From assembly GCA_964391385.1 (NCBI GenBank), contig CAYMLM010000001.1:1-34934 (forward strand): a stretch of 34,934 nucleotides of DNA, written 5' to 3'. Below, in pieces: positions 1-9,564 of the stretch. Each line of letters opens with the position of its first letter. The first letter of the stretch is position 1. The notes below the pieces were generated by a model, which did no database searches, was not told the DNA's origin, and worked only from the letters and a program-made list of their open reading frames with translations. The translations under genes and the position numbers were made by a program. This stretch comes from an uncultured Papillibacter sp. GTDB lineage: Bacteria > Bacillota > Clostridia > Oscillospirales > Oscillospiraceae.

Positions 1-14
1 AGCTTTATCATTGA

Positions 15-3000
15 CTAGGCTTTCGGTTCGAACATTTCCTTCTGCTTTACGAGCTTTTCGTAGCGCTCCTTCGCCTCTTTTTCCGCTTCGGCGAAGAGCG
101 CCTCCGCACGCTCGGGAAACGCCAGCTTCAGCGAACTGTACCGGACCTCGCCCATGATGAAGTCGTTGTAGCTCTCCGACGGCTCCTTGCTGTCGATCGT
201 GAGCGGGTTCTTGCCCTCCGCGGCCTTGCGCGGGTCGTAGCGCAACATGTTCCAGTACCCGGAGGTAACGGCCTGCCTCATCTCGGTCATCGATTTGCCC
301 ATGCCGATGCGGATGCCGTGGTTGATACACGGAGCGTACGCGATGATGAGGGAGGGCCCGTCATAGCTCTCCGCCTCAAGGAAGGCGTTGAGCGTCTGCT
401 GATAATTGGCGCCCATGGAAACCTGAGCGACATAGACGTAGCCGTACGTCATGGCAATCTGCGCGAGGTCTTTTTTCTTGACCGATTTGCCGGCCGCGGC
501 AAACTGCGCCACCGCGCCCGTCGGGGTGGCCTTGGAGGCCTGGCCGCCGGTGTTCGAGTAAACCTCGGTGTCAAAGACCAAAATGTTGACGTTCTGCCCG
601 GAGGCAATGACGTGGTCGAGGCCGCCGTACCCGATGTCGTACGCCCAGCCGTCTCCGCCGAACATCCACACGGACGGCTTGATAAACTGGTCGCGCGCCT
701 GATACAGCGCTTCGAGCTGCGTCCTGTACGGGAAGTCCTCCGCCGTGCCGAGCGCGTCGGCCAATGCGCTTTCAAGCGCCTTGCCGGCCGCCTTGGAACC
801 TTCGCCGTCGCCGAACGCGGCCAGCCAGTCCACAAGCGCTTTCCTGACCGGCTCCTTGTCAATACTGTCGACGAGAACCTCGGCCATCCGCTTGAGGCTG
901 TCGCGGCGCTGCAAAGACGCCATCGCCATCCCGAAGCCGACCTCGGCGTTGTCCTCGAACAGGGAGTTGGTCCATGCCGGGCCCTTCCCCTCCTCGTTGA
1001 CGGTATAAGGAATCGTCGGGGCGCTGCCGCCCCAGATGGACGTACAGCCCGTGGCATTCGTGATCATCATCCGGTCGCCGAACAGCTGTGTGACAAGACG
1101 CGCGTAAGGCGACTCCCCGCAGCCGGCGCAGGCGCCGGGGAACTCCAGGAGCGGCTTGAGGAATTGCGAGCCCTTGACGGTTTTCGGCGAAAAGCCCGTT
1201 TCCTTGCGCGGCAGCTTCTCGGCATAGTCGAAGTATTTCTGGGTGTGGAGCATCTCGTCGAGCGGCTTCATTTCGAGCGCCTTTTCCTTGGCCGGACAGA
1301 CGTTGAAGCACGAGCCGCAGCCGGTGCAGTCCTCGACGGTCGGGATGATGGCAAATTTGTAGTTTTCGTTGCCCTTGCCCTGCATGTGGAGCAGCTTTAT
1401 GCCCTCGGGCGCGTTTTTTACCTCCTCTTCGTCCAGTACGAAGGGGCGGATGACGGAGTGCGGACAGACATAGGCGCACTGATTGCACTGGATGCAGTTT
1501 TCCGGGATCCACGAGGGAACCTCAATGGCGATCCTGCGCTTTTCAAACGCGGCCGTGCCCGTGGGGACGATCGCGCCGCATTCGACATCGAGGAAGGCCG
1601 AGACCGGCAGGCGGTCTCCCTGCATCAGGTTGACGGACTCCATGATCCCGCAGACATATCGGGCGACGTCCTCCCGGTCCGTCTCCACGGAACGGGGCTG
1701 CTTTTCGCCGGCGGCGTCCTTCCAGGAAGCCGGGATGTCGATCTGGTTGACGTTCTCGAGACCGGCGTCAATGGCTTTGATGTTCATATTGACGACGTCT
1801 TCGCCTTTTCGGCCGTAGGTGGACCGGACGGCGTCCTTCATGTAACGGACGGCGTCGTCGAGCGGCAGGATCTCGGACAGCTTGAAAAACGCCGCCTGCA
1901 GGATCGCATTCGTCTTGTTGCCCAGGCCGATTTCCCGCGCGATCTTTTCCGCGTCGCACGTGTAAAAGCGGATGCCGTTGCGGGCGATATATTTCTTGGC
2001 GCCGGCCGGGAGGCGCTTGTCAAGCTCCTGCGCGTCCCAGGAGCAGCTGGCCAGAAATACGCCGCCGGGCTTGACGTCCTGAACCATGTCGAAATTTTCG
2101 AGGTAGGACGGATTGTGGCAGGCCACGAAGTTGGCCTTGTTTACGTAGTACGCCGATTTGATCGGGCTCTTTCCGAAGCGCAGGTGGCTGATCGTGACGC
2201 CGCCGGATTTTCTCGAGTCGTACTGGAAGTACGCCTGCACCTTGAGGTCCGTGTGGTCGCCGATGATTTTAATGGAGTTTTTGTTCGCGCCGACCGTGCC
2301 GTCGGAGCCGAGGCCCCAGAATTTGCAGGAAATGATGTCCTTCGGCGTCGTGTCCGGCTCTTCGCCGACGGGCAGCGACAGATGCGTCACGTCGTCCGTG
2401 ATGCCGATCGTGAAGCTGTTCTTCGGCTCTTTCTCCTCGAGGTTTTTAAACGCCGCGACGATCTGCCCGGGCGTCGTGTCCTTGCTGGACAGGCCGTACC
2501 GTCCGCCGACGACCTTGATGCCGGAACCGCACAGGGCGGTCACCACGTCGAGATAGAGCGGCTCGCCGATGGAGCCGGGCTCCTTCGTGCGGTCGAGAAC
2601 GCCGACCGTCTCGACAGTTTTAGGCAGCGCGCTCAAAAGATGCTTGATGCTGAACGGGCGGAACAGCCGGACCTTGACAAGGCCCGTTTTCTTTCCCTGC
2701 GCGTTGAGGTAGTCCACGACTTCCTCCGCGGTCTGACAGACGGAACCCATCGCGATGAGCACGTGCCTGGCGTCGGGCGCGCCGTAGTAGTTGAACAGCT
2801 TATAGTCCGTGCCGAGCTTTTTGTTGACCTTGTTCATATTTGCTTCGACGACGCCGGGAATCGACTCATAGACCGTATTGATCGATTCTCTGGCCTGGAA
2901 GAAAATATCGGGGTTCTGTGCCGAGCCGCGCAGAACGGGGTGATTCGGGTTGCTGGCTCTCCGGCGGAAGCGGCTCAGGGCGTCGAAATCCACCATTTCG

Positions 3001-3581
3001 GCCAGGTCGTCGTTCTCCCAGTATTCGATCTTCTGCATTTCATGCGACGTCCTGAAGCCCTCGAAGAAGTGCAGGAACGGCATATTGGCGGAAATGGCCG
3101 ACAGGTGCGCGACGGCGCCGAGGTCCATCGCCTCCTGCACGCTGTTGGACGCGAGCATCGAGAAGCCCGTCTGGCGGCAGGCCATGACGTCGCTCTGGTC
3201 GCCGAAGATCGACAGCGCCTGGGTGGCAATCGTCCGCGCCGAAACGTGTATGACGGCCGGCAGCTGTTCCGCCGCCCATTTGTACATGTTCGGGATCATC
3301 AGGAGAAGCCCCTGGGATGCCGTGAAAGTGCTGGTCAGCGCGCCTGCAAGAAGCGAGCCGTGGACAGCGCCCGCCGCGCCGGCCTCGGACTGCATCTCAA
3401 ATACCTTGACAGGCTGTCCGAATATGTTTACCCGGCCGTTGGCCGCCCATTTATCAACATACTCCGCCATCGTGGACGACGGCGTGATCGGATAGATGGC
3501 CGCGACCTCCGTAAATGCGTAAGCAACATGCGCAGCCGCGTTGTTGCCGTCCATCGTCTTGAGTTTTCTGGTCAAAATCAT
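15..3581 (-). CDS. nifJ: Pyruvate:ferredoxin (flavodoxin) oxidoreductase, single-chain type
   Basis: 1188 aa. Motifs YPITP, FWGLGSDGTVGANK, two ferredoxin motifs (CIQCNQCAYVCP, CTGCGSCFNVCP), GACAGCGE and TPP-binding GGDGWAYDIG. GAAAGGG RBS upstream on the - strand. Confidence 0.97.
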   Translation of the reverse strand: MILTRKLKTMDGNNAAAHVAYAFTEVAAIYPITPSSTMAEYVDKWAANGRVNIFGQPVKVFEMQSEAGAAGAVHGSLLAGALTSTFTASQGLLLMIPNMYKWAAEQLPAVIHVSARTIATQALSIFGDQSDVMACRQTGFSMLASNSVQEAMDLGAVAHLSAISANMPFLHFFEGFRTSHEMQKIEYWENDDLAEMVDFDALSRFRRRASNPNHPVLRGSAQNPDIFFQARESINTVYESIPGVVEANMNKVNKKLGTDYKLFNYYGAPDARHVLIAMGSVCQTAEEVVDYLNAQGKKTGLVKVRLFRPFSIKHLLSALPKTVETVGVLDRTKEPGSIGEPLYLDVVTALCGSGIKVVGGRYGLSSKDTTPGQIVAAFKNLEEKEPKNSFTIGITDDVTHLSLPVGEEPDTTPKDIISCKFWGLGSDGTVGANKNSIKIIGDHTDLKVQAYFQYDSRKSGGVTISHLRFGKSPIKSAYYVNKANFVACHNPSYLENFDMVQDVKPGGVFLASCSWDAQELDKRLPAGAKKYIARNGIRFYTCDAEKIAREIGLGNKTNAILQAAFFKLSEILPLDDAVRYMKDAVRSTYGRKGEDVVNMNIKAIDAGLENVNQIDIPASWKDAAGEKQPRSVETDREDVARYVCGIMESVNLMQGDRLPVSAFLDVECGAIVPTGTAAFEKRRIAIEVPSWIPENCIQCNQCAYVCPHSVIRPFVLDEEEVKNAPEGIKLLHMQGKGNENYKFAIIPTVEDCTGCGSCFNVCPAKEKALEMKPLDEMLHTQKYFDYAEKLPRKETGFSPKTVKGSQFLKPLLEFPGACAGCGESPYARLVTQLFGDRMMITNATGCTSIWGGSAPTIPYTVNEEGKGPAWTNSLFEDNAEVGFGMAMASLQRRDSLKRMAEVLVDSIDKEPVRKALVDWLAAFGDGEGSKAAGKALESALADALGTAEDFPYRTQLEALYQARDQFIKPSVWMFGGDGWAYDIGYGGLDHVIASGQNVNILVFDTEVYSNTGGQASKATPTGAVAQFAAAGKSVKKKDLAQIAMTYGYVYVAQVSMGANYQQTLNAFLEAESYDGPSLIIAYAPCINHGIRIGMGKSMTEMRQAVTSGYWNMLRYDPRKAAEGKNPLTIDSKEPSESYNDFIMGEVRYSSLKLAFPERAEALFAEAEKEAKERYEKLVKQKEMFEPKA

Positions 3582-3654
3582 TCATCCCTTTCCGCTAAAA
3601 ATCAAGTTTTTCTGCTCGTCTGGGAAGGCGCTTGCATAAGTGTATAGTTATTTC

Positions 3655-3683
3655 ATTATATCATCCCCCAAAGTACGTGTAAA
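3655..3683 (-). promoter_or_regulatory. sigma-A-type promoter of nifJ
   Basis: The - strand reads TTTACA (3683-3678), 17-nt spacer, TATAAT (3660-3655), with an extended -10 TG. Confidence 0.75.
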
Positions 3684-3726
3684 TCGTCTATTTCCATGAA
3701 TTACTTGCAGTTTTGGCGCGTGCCCG

Positions 3727-3756
3727 TTGCAAATTTTACAGGATTGATGATATACT
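3727..3756 (+). promoter_or_regulatory. sigma-A-type promoter of the GyrI-like/VOC/methyltransferase run, divergent from nifJ
   Basis: TTGCAA (3727-3732), 18-nt spacer, TATACT (3751-3756), with TG at 3748-3749. Confidence 0.7.
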
Positions 3757-3831
3757 GGGTTGGCATATTTTACCCAACGCTCCCGTTCAATCGTTCAATC
3801 ATCAATTCCGGCCAGTTGAAAAAGGGGATGT

Positions 3832-4332
3832 ATGTTTATGGAAATAACAAGGTGCGTCAGGGACGCCTTTTCGGTCGTCGGCAAAGAGGGCTCTACGGAG
3901 GAAGGCGGCGGCTTCATCAAACGCCTTTGGGCCGAGGGCACGGTCCATTTAAACGAGGTGGCGGGTCTTGCGAAAAAAGACGCGGACGGCACGCTCCTTG
4001 GCATATGGGGCCTGATGAGCGATTTTTCACGGTCTCTCCGTCCGTGGGAGGACGGCTTCACAAAGGGCCTTTATCTGGCGGGCGTCGAGACCGAGGACGG
4101 CGCCGAAGCGCCGGACGGCTGGGTAAAATGGACGGTTCCGTCGTTTGAATATGTCTGCGCCAGGGTGGACGGCGCCTATCAGGACGCGTTTGCGGCCGTG
4201 CTGAAATATATCGCCGACAATGATCTGACGCTGGCGGGCGCCGTCTTCGATTACACCTCGCTCGCGGAAAACGGACTGCAGTATATATACGCCCCGATCC
4301 GGCGGATCGAGGACGGGGGAGCGTCCGCATGA
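3832..4332 (+). CDS. GyrI-like (AraC effector-binding/Cass2-like) small-molecule-binding protein
   Basis: 166 aa. Pattern FSVVGKEGST...LW...YLAGVE...PDGWVKWTVPSFEYV...IYAPIR is typical of stand-alone GyrI-like domains. AAGGGG RBS; the alternative start is ATG 3838. Confidence 0.8.
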   Translation: MFMEITRCVRDAFSVVGKEGSTEEGGGFIKRLWAEGTVHLNEVAGLAKKDADGTLLGIWGLMSDFSRSLRPWEDGFTKGLYLAGVETEDGAEAPDGWVKWTVPSFEYVCARVDGAYQDAFAAVLKYIADNDLTLAGAVFDYTSLAENGLQYIYAPIRRIEDGGASA

Positions 4333-4775
4333 CGAGATATGTCCACACGAATATCGTCGCGCGGGACGCGCGGCGGCTCGTCTGCTTTTATAAGGACGTT
4401 TTCGGCTGCAAAAGCATCGGGGAAACGCGGGACCTTTCGGGCGGCTGGCTGGACAGGCTGACCGGCCTTGAAAACGCGCATATCGTCGGGGAACACCTGC
4501 TCCTGCCCGGATATGACGAGACGCGCCCGACGCTTGAGATTTTTTCATATGACTTGCCGCACTCGGCCGACGCGCCCCGGATCAACCGGCACGGCCTGGC
4601 GCACCTGGCCTTTGAGGTTGACGACGTGGCCCAAACGCTGAAAACGGTGCTGGAGGCGGGCGGCGGACAGCTCGGCGAGCTGGTGACGGCGGAATACGCC
4701 GACGGTCGGAGGGGCACGTTCGTTTACGCGACGGACCCCGAGGGAAACATCGTGGAGCTTCAGAGCTGGCAATAA
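4329..4775 (+). CDS. VOC/glyoxalase/bleomycin-resistance family protein
   Basis: HTNIVARD, HLAFEVDD and YATDPEGNIVELQ motifs of paired beta-alpha-beta-beta-beta VOC modules. ATGA overlap with the upstream gene. Confidence 0.88.
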   Translation: MTRYVHTNIVARDARRLVCFYKDVFGCKSIGETRDLSGGWLDRLTGLENAHIVGEHLLLPGYDETRPTLEIFSYDLPHSADAPRINRHGLAHLAFEVDDVAQTLKTVLEAGGGQLGELVTAEYADGRRGTFVYATDPEGNIVELQSWQ

Positions 4776-4777
4776 CA

Positions 4778-5452
4778 ATGGAAAACTATGATATCGTGAA
4801 ATCAGATTTCGATAAAATTGCCGAGCTTGGCGCGGAGCCGAAATGGAACCACAACAACTGTTATTTCGGCGCTTTGCTGAAAAACGTCCCGGAAAATGCG
4901 GGAACCTGCCTCGATATCGGCTGCGGCAAAGGCGATTTATCCCGGCTGCTTTCGCGGAAAGCGTCGCGCGTGATCGCCGTGGACCTTTCCGACAAAATGA
5001 TCTCCTATGCCAGAAGCAATAACGCCGCCGGCAATATTGAATACGCCTGCGCAAACGTGCTCGACATGGATTTCGCCGACGACTCGCTCGATATCATTAT
5101 CACAACGGCAACCGCGCACCACCTGCCGTATGAATGGCTGCTTGAGTTCGCGAAAAGGAAGCTCAAAATATCCGGGAAGCTGATTATTCTGGACCTTGTC
5201 AGGGCCGAGCGTTTTTCAGACTGGCTGATCTGGGGATTTGCCGTATTACCCAACGTCATCCTGAACATCGCAAAAAACGGCCGGCTCCGGAAGGACGACG
5301 CGCATGCCGCGCAGATATGGCGCGAGCACGGCAGGCATGACACGCTGATGACGATACCTGAAATCCGGCGGATTGCAGGGCGGATGATGCCGGACGCCGT
5401 CATCCGGCGAAAGCTGTTTTGGCGGTACACCCTCGTTTGGGAAAAGACGTGA
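4778..5452 (+). CDS. Class I SAM-dependent methyltransferase
   Basis: Motif I LDIGCGKG, VIAVDLSDKM and LDIIITTATAHH. Starts 2 nt after the VOC stop. Confidence 0.88.
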   Translation: MENYDIVKSDFDKIAELGAEPKWNHNNCYFGALLKNVPENAGTCLDIGCGKGDLSRLLSRKASRVIAVDLSDKMISYARSNNAAGNIEYACANVLDMDFADDSLDIIITTATAHHLPYEWLLEFAKRKLKISGKLIILDLVRAERFSDWLIWGFAVLPNVILNIAKNGRLRKDDAHAAQIWREHGRHDTLMTIPEIRRIAGRMMPDAVIRRKLFWRYTLVWEKT

Positions 5453-5517
5453 TCCGGCGCGTCGTGAAAACCGGTCCGCGGGCCTGTTTTACTTTGAGAA
5501 AGTGAGTCTTTAACAGT

Positions 5518-6039
5518 ATGATACTATCCGGCAGGGAGATCCTGCGCCACATCGGCAGGGAGATCGTCATAGAGCCGTTTGACAAGAGCAGGCTCAATCC
5601 CAACAGCTACAACCTGTCGCTCGCGGGCGAGCTGCTCGTTTACGAAGCCGGCATCCTGGATATGAAAAAAGACAACCCGACACGGAATATAAGCATCCCC
5701 GAAGACGGGCTTCTCCTCGAACCGAATAAGCTTTATCTGGGGCGGACCGTCGAATATACAAAAACGGACAAATTTGTCCCGATGCTCGAGGGCCGCTCCT
5801 CGACCGGCCGGCTCGGCCTTTTCATCCACGTGACCGCCGGGTTCGGCGACGTCGGCTTCGCGGGCTACTGGACGCTCGAGATGTTCTGCATCCAGCCCGT
5901 CAGGATCTACCCGAACGCCGAGGTCTGCCAGATCTATTACCACGACATCCGCGGGGACTACGACCCGTACGACAGCGGAAAATATCAGAACAACACCGGC
6001 ATCCAGCCGAGCCTGATGTACAGGGATTTCAAGAAATAG
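5518..6039 (+). CDS. dcd: dCTP deaminase (possibly bifunctional with dUTPase)
   Basis: MILSGREI...LNPNSYNL, EGRSSTGRLG, GFGDVGFAGYWTLE and C-terminal GKYQNN. Confidence 0.9.
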   Translation: MILSGREILRHIGREIVIEPFDKSRLNPNSYNLSLAGELLVYEAGILDMKKDNPTRNISIPEDGLLLEPNKLYLGRTVEYTKTDKFVPMLEGRSSTGRLGLFIHVTAGFGDVGFAGYWTLEMFCIQPVRIYPNAEVCQIYYHDIRGDYDPYDSGKYQNNTGIQPSLMYRDFKK

Positions 6040-6046
6040 GCCTCAG

Positions 6047-6084
6047 CCGCCGCGGCGATATCTTTCATCTCAAAGCCGCGGCGG
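6047..6084 (+). repeat. GC-rich inverted repeat between dcd and comM (no U-tract)
   Basis: CCGCCGCGGC (6047-6056) / GCCGCGGCGG (6075-6084) form a perfect 10-bp stem. Confidence 0.6.
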
Positions 6085-6113
6085 GTACGGCTTCCACGGA
6101 AAGGGGCGTGCGC

Positions 6114-7634
6114 ATGGTCTCAAAAATACGGTCGCTGGGCCTGGGCGGAATTTCCGGCTACGAGGTCTCCGTCGAGTGCTCGCTGTCGGCCGGCCTGCCG
6201 AGCTTCGACATCGTCGGCCTTCCGGACATCGCCGTCAAGGAAGCGCGCGAGCGCGTGCGCGCCGCGACGAAGAACTGCGGCATCAAGTTCCCCGTCAGCC
6301 GCATCACGGTCAACCTCGCGCCCGCCAACACGAAAAAGGCGGGGACCGTGTACGACCTGCCGGTGCTCCTGGGCATCCTTGTGTCGTCGGAAAGCATCCG
6401 GCCGCTTCCCGACGAGTGCGCCTTTTTCGGCGAGCTGTCGCTCACGGGCGCGCTGCGCCCGGTGACAGGCGCGCTCCCGATGGCGCTCGCGGCCGAGCGG
6501 GCCGGAATTAAAAAGCTGTTCGTCCCGTCCGACAACGCCGACGAGGCGTCGTACGCGGCCGGGATCACAGTCTACCCGGTGAAAAACGTCAGCCAGCTTC
6601 TGGCGCATCTGACGGGCGAGGAGGCGATAACGCCCGCCGAGCCCAGAGAGCCGGCCGCCGTCTATCCTCAGACGCTCGATTTCTCGGAGGTCAAGGGCCA
6701 GGACAACGTCAAGCGCGCGCTCGAGGTCGCGGCCGCGGGCGGACACAACGTCCTGCTTGTCGGGCCGCCCGGCGCGGGCAAGAGCATGCTGTCCAAACGC
6801 CTGCCGACCATCCTGCCGGACATGGGTCGCGATGAGATGCTCGAGTGCACGGAGATCCACTCCGTCATGGGCCTCACGAGCCGCGAGGTCCCCATTGTGA
6901 CGGCGCGGCCCTTCCGCTCGCCGCACCACACAATCTCGTCGACCGCCATGGCCGGCGGCACGTCCAACCCGAAGCCCGGCGAGATATCGCTGGCGCACAA
7001 CGGCGTCTTGTTTCTCGACGAGCTCCCGGAATTCACGGCGGACGTGCTGGAGTCGCTCCGCCAGCCGCTCGAGGACGGGCAGGTCACGATTTCCCGCGCG
7101 TCGGCGTCCATTACATATCCGTGCCGCTTCATGCTCGTGTGCGCGATGAACCCGTGCAAGTGCGGTTGGTACGGCCACCCGTCGCGCCGGTGCACGTGCA
7201 CGGAGATTTCCGTCAGGCGCTATCACGAGCGGCTGTCCGGCCCGCTTTTGGACAGGATCGACATGTACATCGAGGTTCCGTCTTTGGAGTACGAGGAGCT
7301 GCGGGACAAGCCCCCGACGGAATCGTCGGCCGACATCCGCTCCCGCGTCAACGAAGCCCGCGCGCGCCAGCAGAGGCGTTACGCCGGCGCCGGGATCACC
7401 TGCAACGCGCACATCGGCACAAAGCAGCTGGACGCTTTTTGCGCGCTGGACGGCGAGAGCGAAAAGCTCATGAAAAACGCGTACGACAGATTGGGCCTCA
7501 CGGCCCGCTCGTACGACAGGATTTTACGCGTGGCGCGCACGGTCGCGGACCTTGCCGGCAGCGAGCGCATCGAGCGCCTGCATCTCGCGGAGGCCATACA
7601 GTACAGGACGTACGATTTCAGACAGGACAAGTGA
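6114..7634 (+). CDS. comM: YifB/ComM family Mg-chelatase-like AAA+ ATPase
   Basis: Lon-like N-terminus (IVGLPDIAVKEARERVR, ITVNLAPA), Walker A GPPGAGKS, PFRSPHH, LFLDELPEF and Zn motif CKCG...CTC. AAGGGG RBS 7 nt before ATG 6114, preferred over GTG 6108. Confidence 0.93.
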   Translation: MVSKIRSLGLGGISGYEVSVECSLSAGLPSFDIVGLPDIAVKEARERVRAATKNCGIKFPVSRITVNLAPANTKKAGTVYDLPVLLGILVSSESIRPLPDECAFFGELSLTGALRPVTGALPMALAAERAGIKKLFVPSDNADEASYAAGITVYPVKNVSQLLAHLTGEEAITPAEPREPAAVYPQTLDFSEVKGQDNVKRALEVAAAGGHNVLLVGPPGAGKSMLSKRLPTILPDMGRDEMLECTEIHSVMGLTSREVPIVTARPFRSPHHTISSTAMAGGTSNPKPGEISLAHNGVLFLDELPEFTADVLESLRQPLEDGQVTISRASASITYPCRFMLVCAMNPCKCGWYGHPSRRCTCTEISVRRYHERLSGPLLDRIDMYIEVPSLEYEELRDKPPTESSADIRSRVNEARARQQRRYAGAGITCNAHIGTKQLDAFCALDGESEKLMKNAYDRLGLTARSYDRILRVARTVADLAGSERIERLHLAEAIQYRTYDFRQDK

Positions 7635-7651
7635 GAGGACAGTGAAGCGCG

Positions 7652-8203
7652 ATGAACCATGTCGGCACAAACGCCATCCATACAAAAAGGCTGGTCCTGC
7701 GCAGATTCAAAAAGGACGACGCGGACGCGCTTTACGCCAACTGGGCAAACGACGCGGATGCGGTCAGATTCATGAGAATGCGGCTTCATGAAACAATCGA
7801 CGATACGAGGCGGTTTGTGGAGGCCATCGTCAACAGCTATGAAAAAATGGATACGTACAGATGGATCATCGTCCTGCGCGCCATCGGAGAACCCATCGGT
7901 TTCATCGGCCTGACGACCATCAGCGAGCATGACGCGACGGGCGATTTCGGATACAGCATCGGCAAGGCGTATTGGAATAACGGCTACGCGACGGAAGCGC
8001 TCACGGCCGTCCTGCGCTACGGGCTGATCAAGGCGGGGTTTAACAGGCTTGAAGCGTACCATTCCGTGCGCAACATGGCCTCGGGCAAGGTCATGATGAA
8101 AGCCGGCATGACCTGCGAGGGAAGGGCTCGGCAAAAATATAAAAGCAACGCCGGCTTCGAAGACTGCGATATGTACGCCATCCTCAAAGCCGATTTGGGC
8201 TGA
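7652..8203 (+). CDS. GNAT N-acetyltransferase, RimJ/RimL-like
   Basis: TKRLVLRRF, FGYSIGKAYWNNGYATEAL and NMASGKVMMKAGMTCEG. Confidence 0.9.
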   Translation: MNHVGTNAIHTKRLVLRRFKKDDADALYANWANDADAVRFMRMRLHETIDDTRRFVEAIVNSYEKMDTYRWIIVLRAIGEPIGFIGLTTISEHDATGDFGYSIGKAYWNNGYATEALTAVLRYGLIKAGFNRLEAYHSVRNMASGKVMMKAGMTCEGRARQKYKSNAGFEDCDMYAILKADLG

Positions 8204-8358
8204 GGCCAACAGGGCGGATGTGAAAGCCGCCTACATAGAATGCCGTGAAAGTGCGAATATTTTATACGGACTGCTCAGCCAAAGCGCCGTCGTGCGGGAT
8301 TAAATGTCCGCCGATGTGAGCGCCGACATCTTATAAATGAAACGGAACAATAGACACT

Positions 8359-9531
8359 ATGGAAGACATCATCTTACTTAAACAGGGCGAAATCATTTTA
8401 AAAGGGCTCAACCGGCGGGCTTTCGAGCAAAAGCTCATTGCCAACCTCAGGCGGCGCTTAAAGCCGTTCGGCGACTTTAACGTCTACAGCGTGCAGTCCA
8501 CCGTATACGTCGAGCCGCGGGGCGGCGCGGATATGGACGGGGCGTACGACGCCGTCAAAACGGTCTTCGGCGTCGTCGCCGTGTCGCGCGCCGCGGCCTG
8601 CGAGAAGGACAGGGACGCGCTCTTCGAGACCGCGCGGCGCTATCTGGGCGACCGGCTCGGCGCGGCCGGGTCCTTCAAGGTCGAGACAAAGCGCTCGGAC
8701 AAGAGCTTCCCGCTCACGTCCATCGAGCTGTCGCAGTACGTCGGCGGCCTGCTCGCGGAGGAATTTCCGCATGTGAGGGTCGACGTCCGCCATCCGGAAT
8801 TCACAGTCAATCTCGAGGTGCGCGACTACGCCGCCTACGTCCACGGCCCGAGCGAAGCCGGCGCGGGCGGCATGCCCGTCGGCGCGAACGGCCGGGTCGT
8901 GTCGCTGCTGTCGGGCGGGATCGACAGCCCCGTGTCGACGTATATGATCGCCAAGCGCGGCGTCAAGGTCATCCCCGTGCATTTTTTTTCGTTCCCGTAC
9001 ACCTCCATGCAGGCCAAGGAGAAGGTCGTCGCGCTCACGAAAATACTCGCCCGGTACTGCGGGCGGCTGACGCTCGAGGTCGTGCCGTTTACGCGTATAC
9101 AGGAGGAGATCCGCGCGAAATGTCCCGAGGAGCTTTTTACGGTCATTATGCGCCGGTTCATGATGCGCCTGTCTGAGCGCGTGGCGGAAGCCAACGGCTG
9201 CGGGGCGCTCGTCACGGGCGAAAACCTCGGCCAGGTCGCCAGCCAGACGCTCGAGGCGATGGCCGTCACCGAGGAATGCGTCGGGCTGCCGGTCCTGCGC
9301 CCCGTCGTCGGGCTCGACAAGCAGGAAATCGTCGAAACGGCCGTCAAAATCGGCACGTTCGACACGTCGGTCCTGCCCTACGAGGACTGCTGCACGGTCT
9401 TCACGCCGCGCCGGCCCAAGACGAAGCCGCGCCTCGGCGACGTTTTGGCCGCGGAGTCAAGCCTGGACGCAGCCGCGCTTGTCGGTGAGGCGTATGATGC
9501 CATCGAGAGAATACCGGTCGATCTGGATTGA
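8359..9531 (+). CDS. thiI: tRNA 4-thiouridine(8) synthase, short Firmicutes type without rhodanese domain
   Basis: GEIILKGLNR, THUMP region (SFKVETKRSDKSF), PP-loop LLSGGIDSPV, GENLGQVASQT and YEDCC. 390 aa. Confidence 0.95.
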   Translation: MEDIILLKQGEIILKGLNRRAFEQKLIANLRRRLKPFGDFNVYSVQSTVYVEPRGGADMDGAYDAVKTVFGVVAVSRAAACEKDRDALFETARRYLGDRLGAAGSFKVETKRSDKSFPLTSIELSQYVGGLLAEEFPHVRVDVRHPEFTVNLEVRDYAAYVHGPSEAGAGGMPVGANGRVVSLLSGGIDSPVSTYMIAKRGVKVIPVHFFSFPYTSMQAKEKVVALTKILARYCGRLTLEVVPFTRIQEEIRAKCPEELFTVIMRRFMMRLSERVAEANGCGALVTGENLGQVASQTLEAMAVTEECVGLPVLRPVVGLDKQEIVETAVKIGTFDTSVLPYEDCCTVFTPRRPKTKPRLGDVLAAESSLDAAALVGEAYDAIERIPVDLD

Positions 9532-9564
9532 AATTTTCGGCGGCAAGAACGATAGAATAGGATA

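Noticed and set aside
318-3647. 1109-aa ORF antisense to nifJ, plus similar long antisense ORFs over comM, htpG, ahcY and polC
   Set aside because: Shadow ORFs expected from GC-rich codon usage. They have no recognisable motifs and lie almost entirely over well-supported genes.
3630-3665. Rex operator at the nifJ promoter
   Set aside because: AT-rich, but there is no convincing match to TTGTGAA-N4-TTCACAA or its clostridial variant.
3696-4148. 150-aa ORF overlapping the promoter and the GyrI-like gene
   Set aside because: Starts upstream of the predicted promoter, has no RBS, and is out of frame with a recognisable gene.
3832-8203. Integron cassette array
   Set aside because: No integrase, and gene overlaps or 2-nt gaps leave no room for attC sites.
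8204-8358. Structured RNA (e.g. TPP riboswitch) or desulfurase remnant before thiI
   Set aside because: Only short hairpins are present, the TPP core CTGAGA motif is absent, and the translations do not resemble IscS/NifZ.
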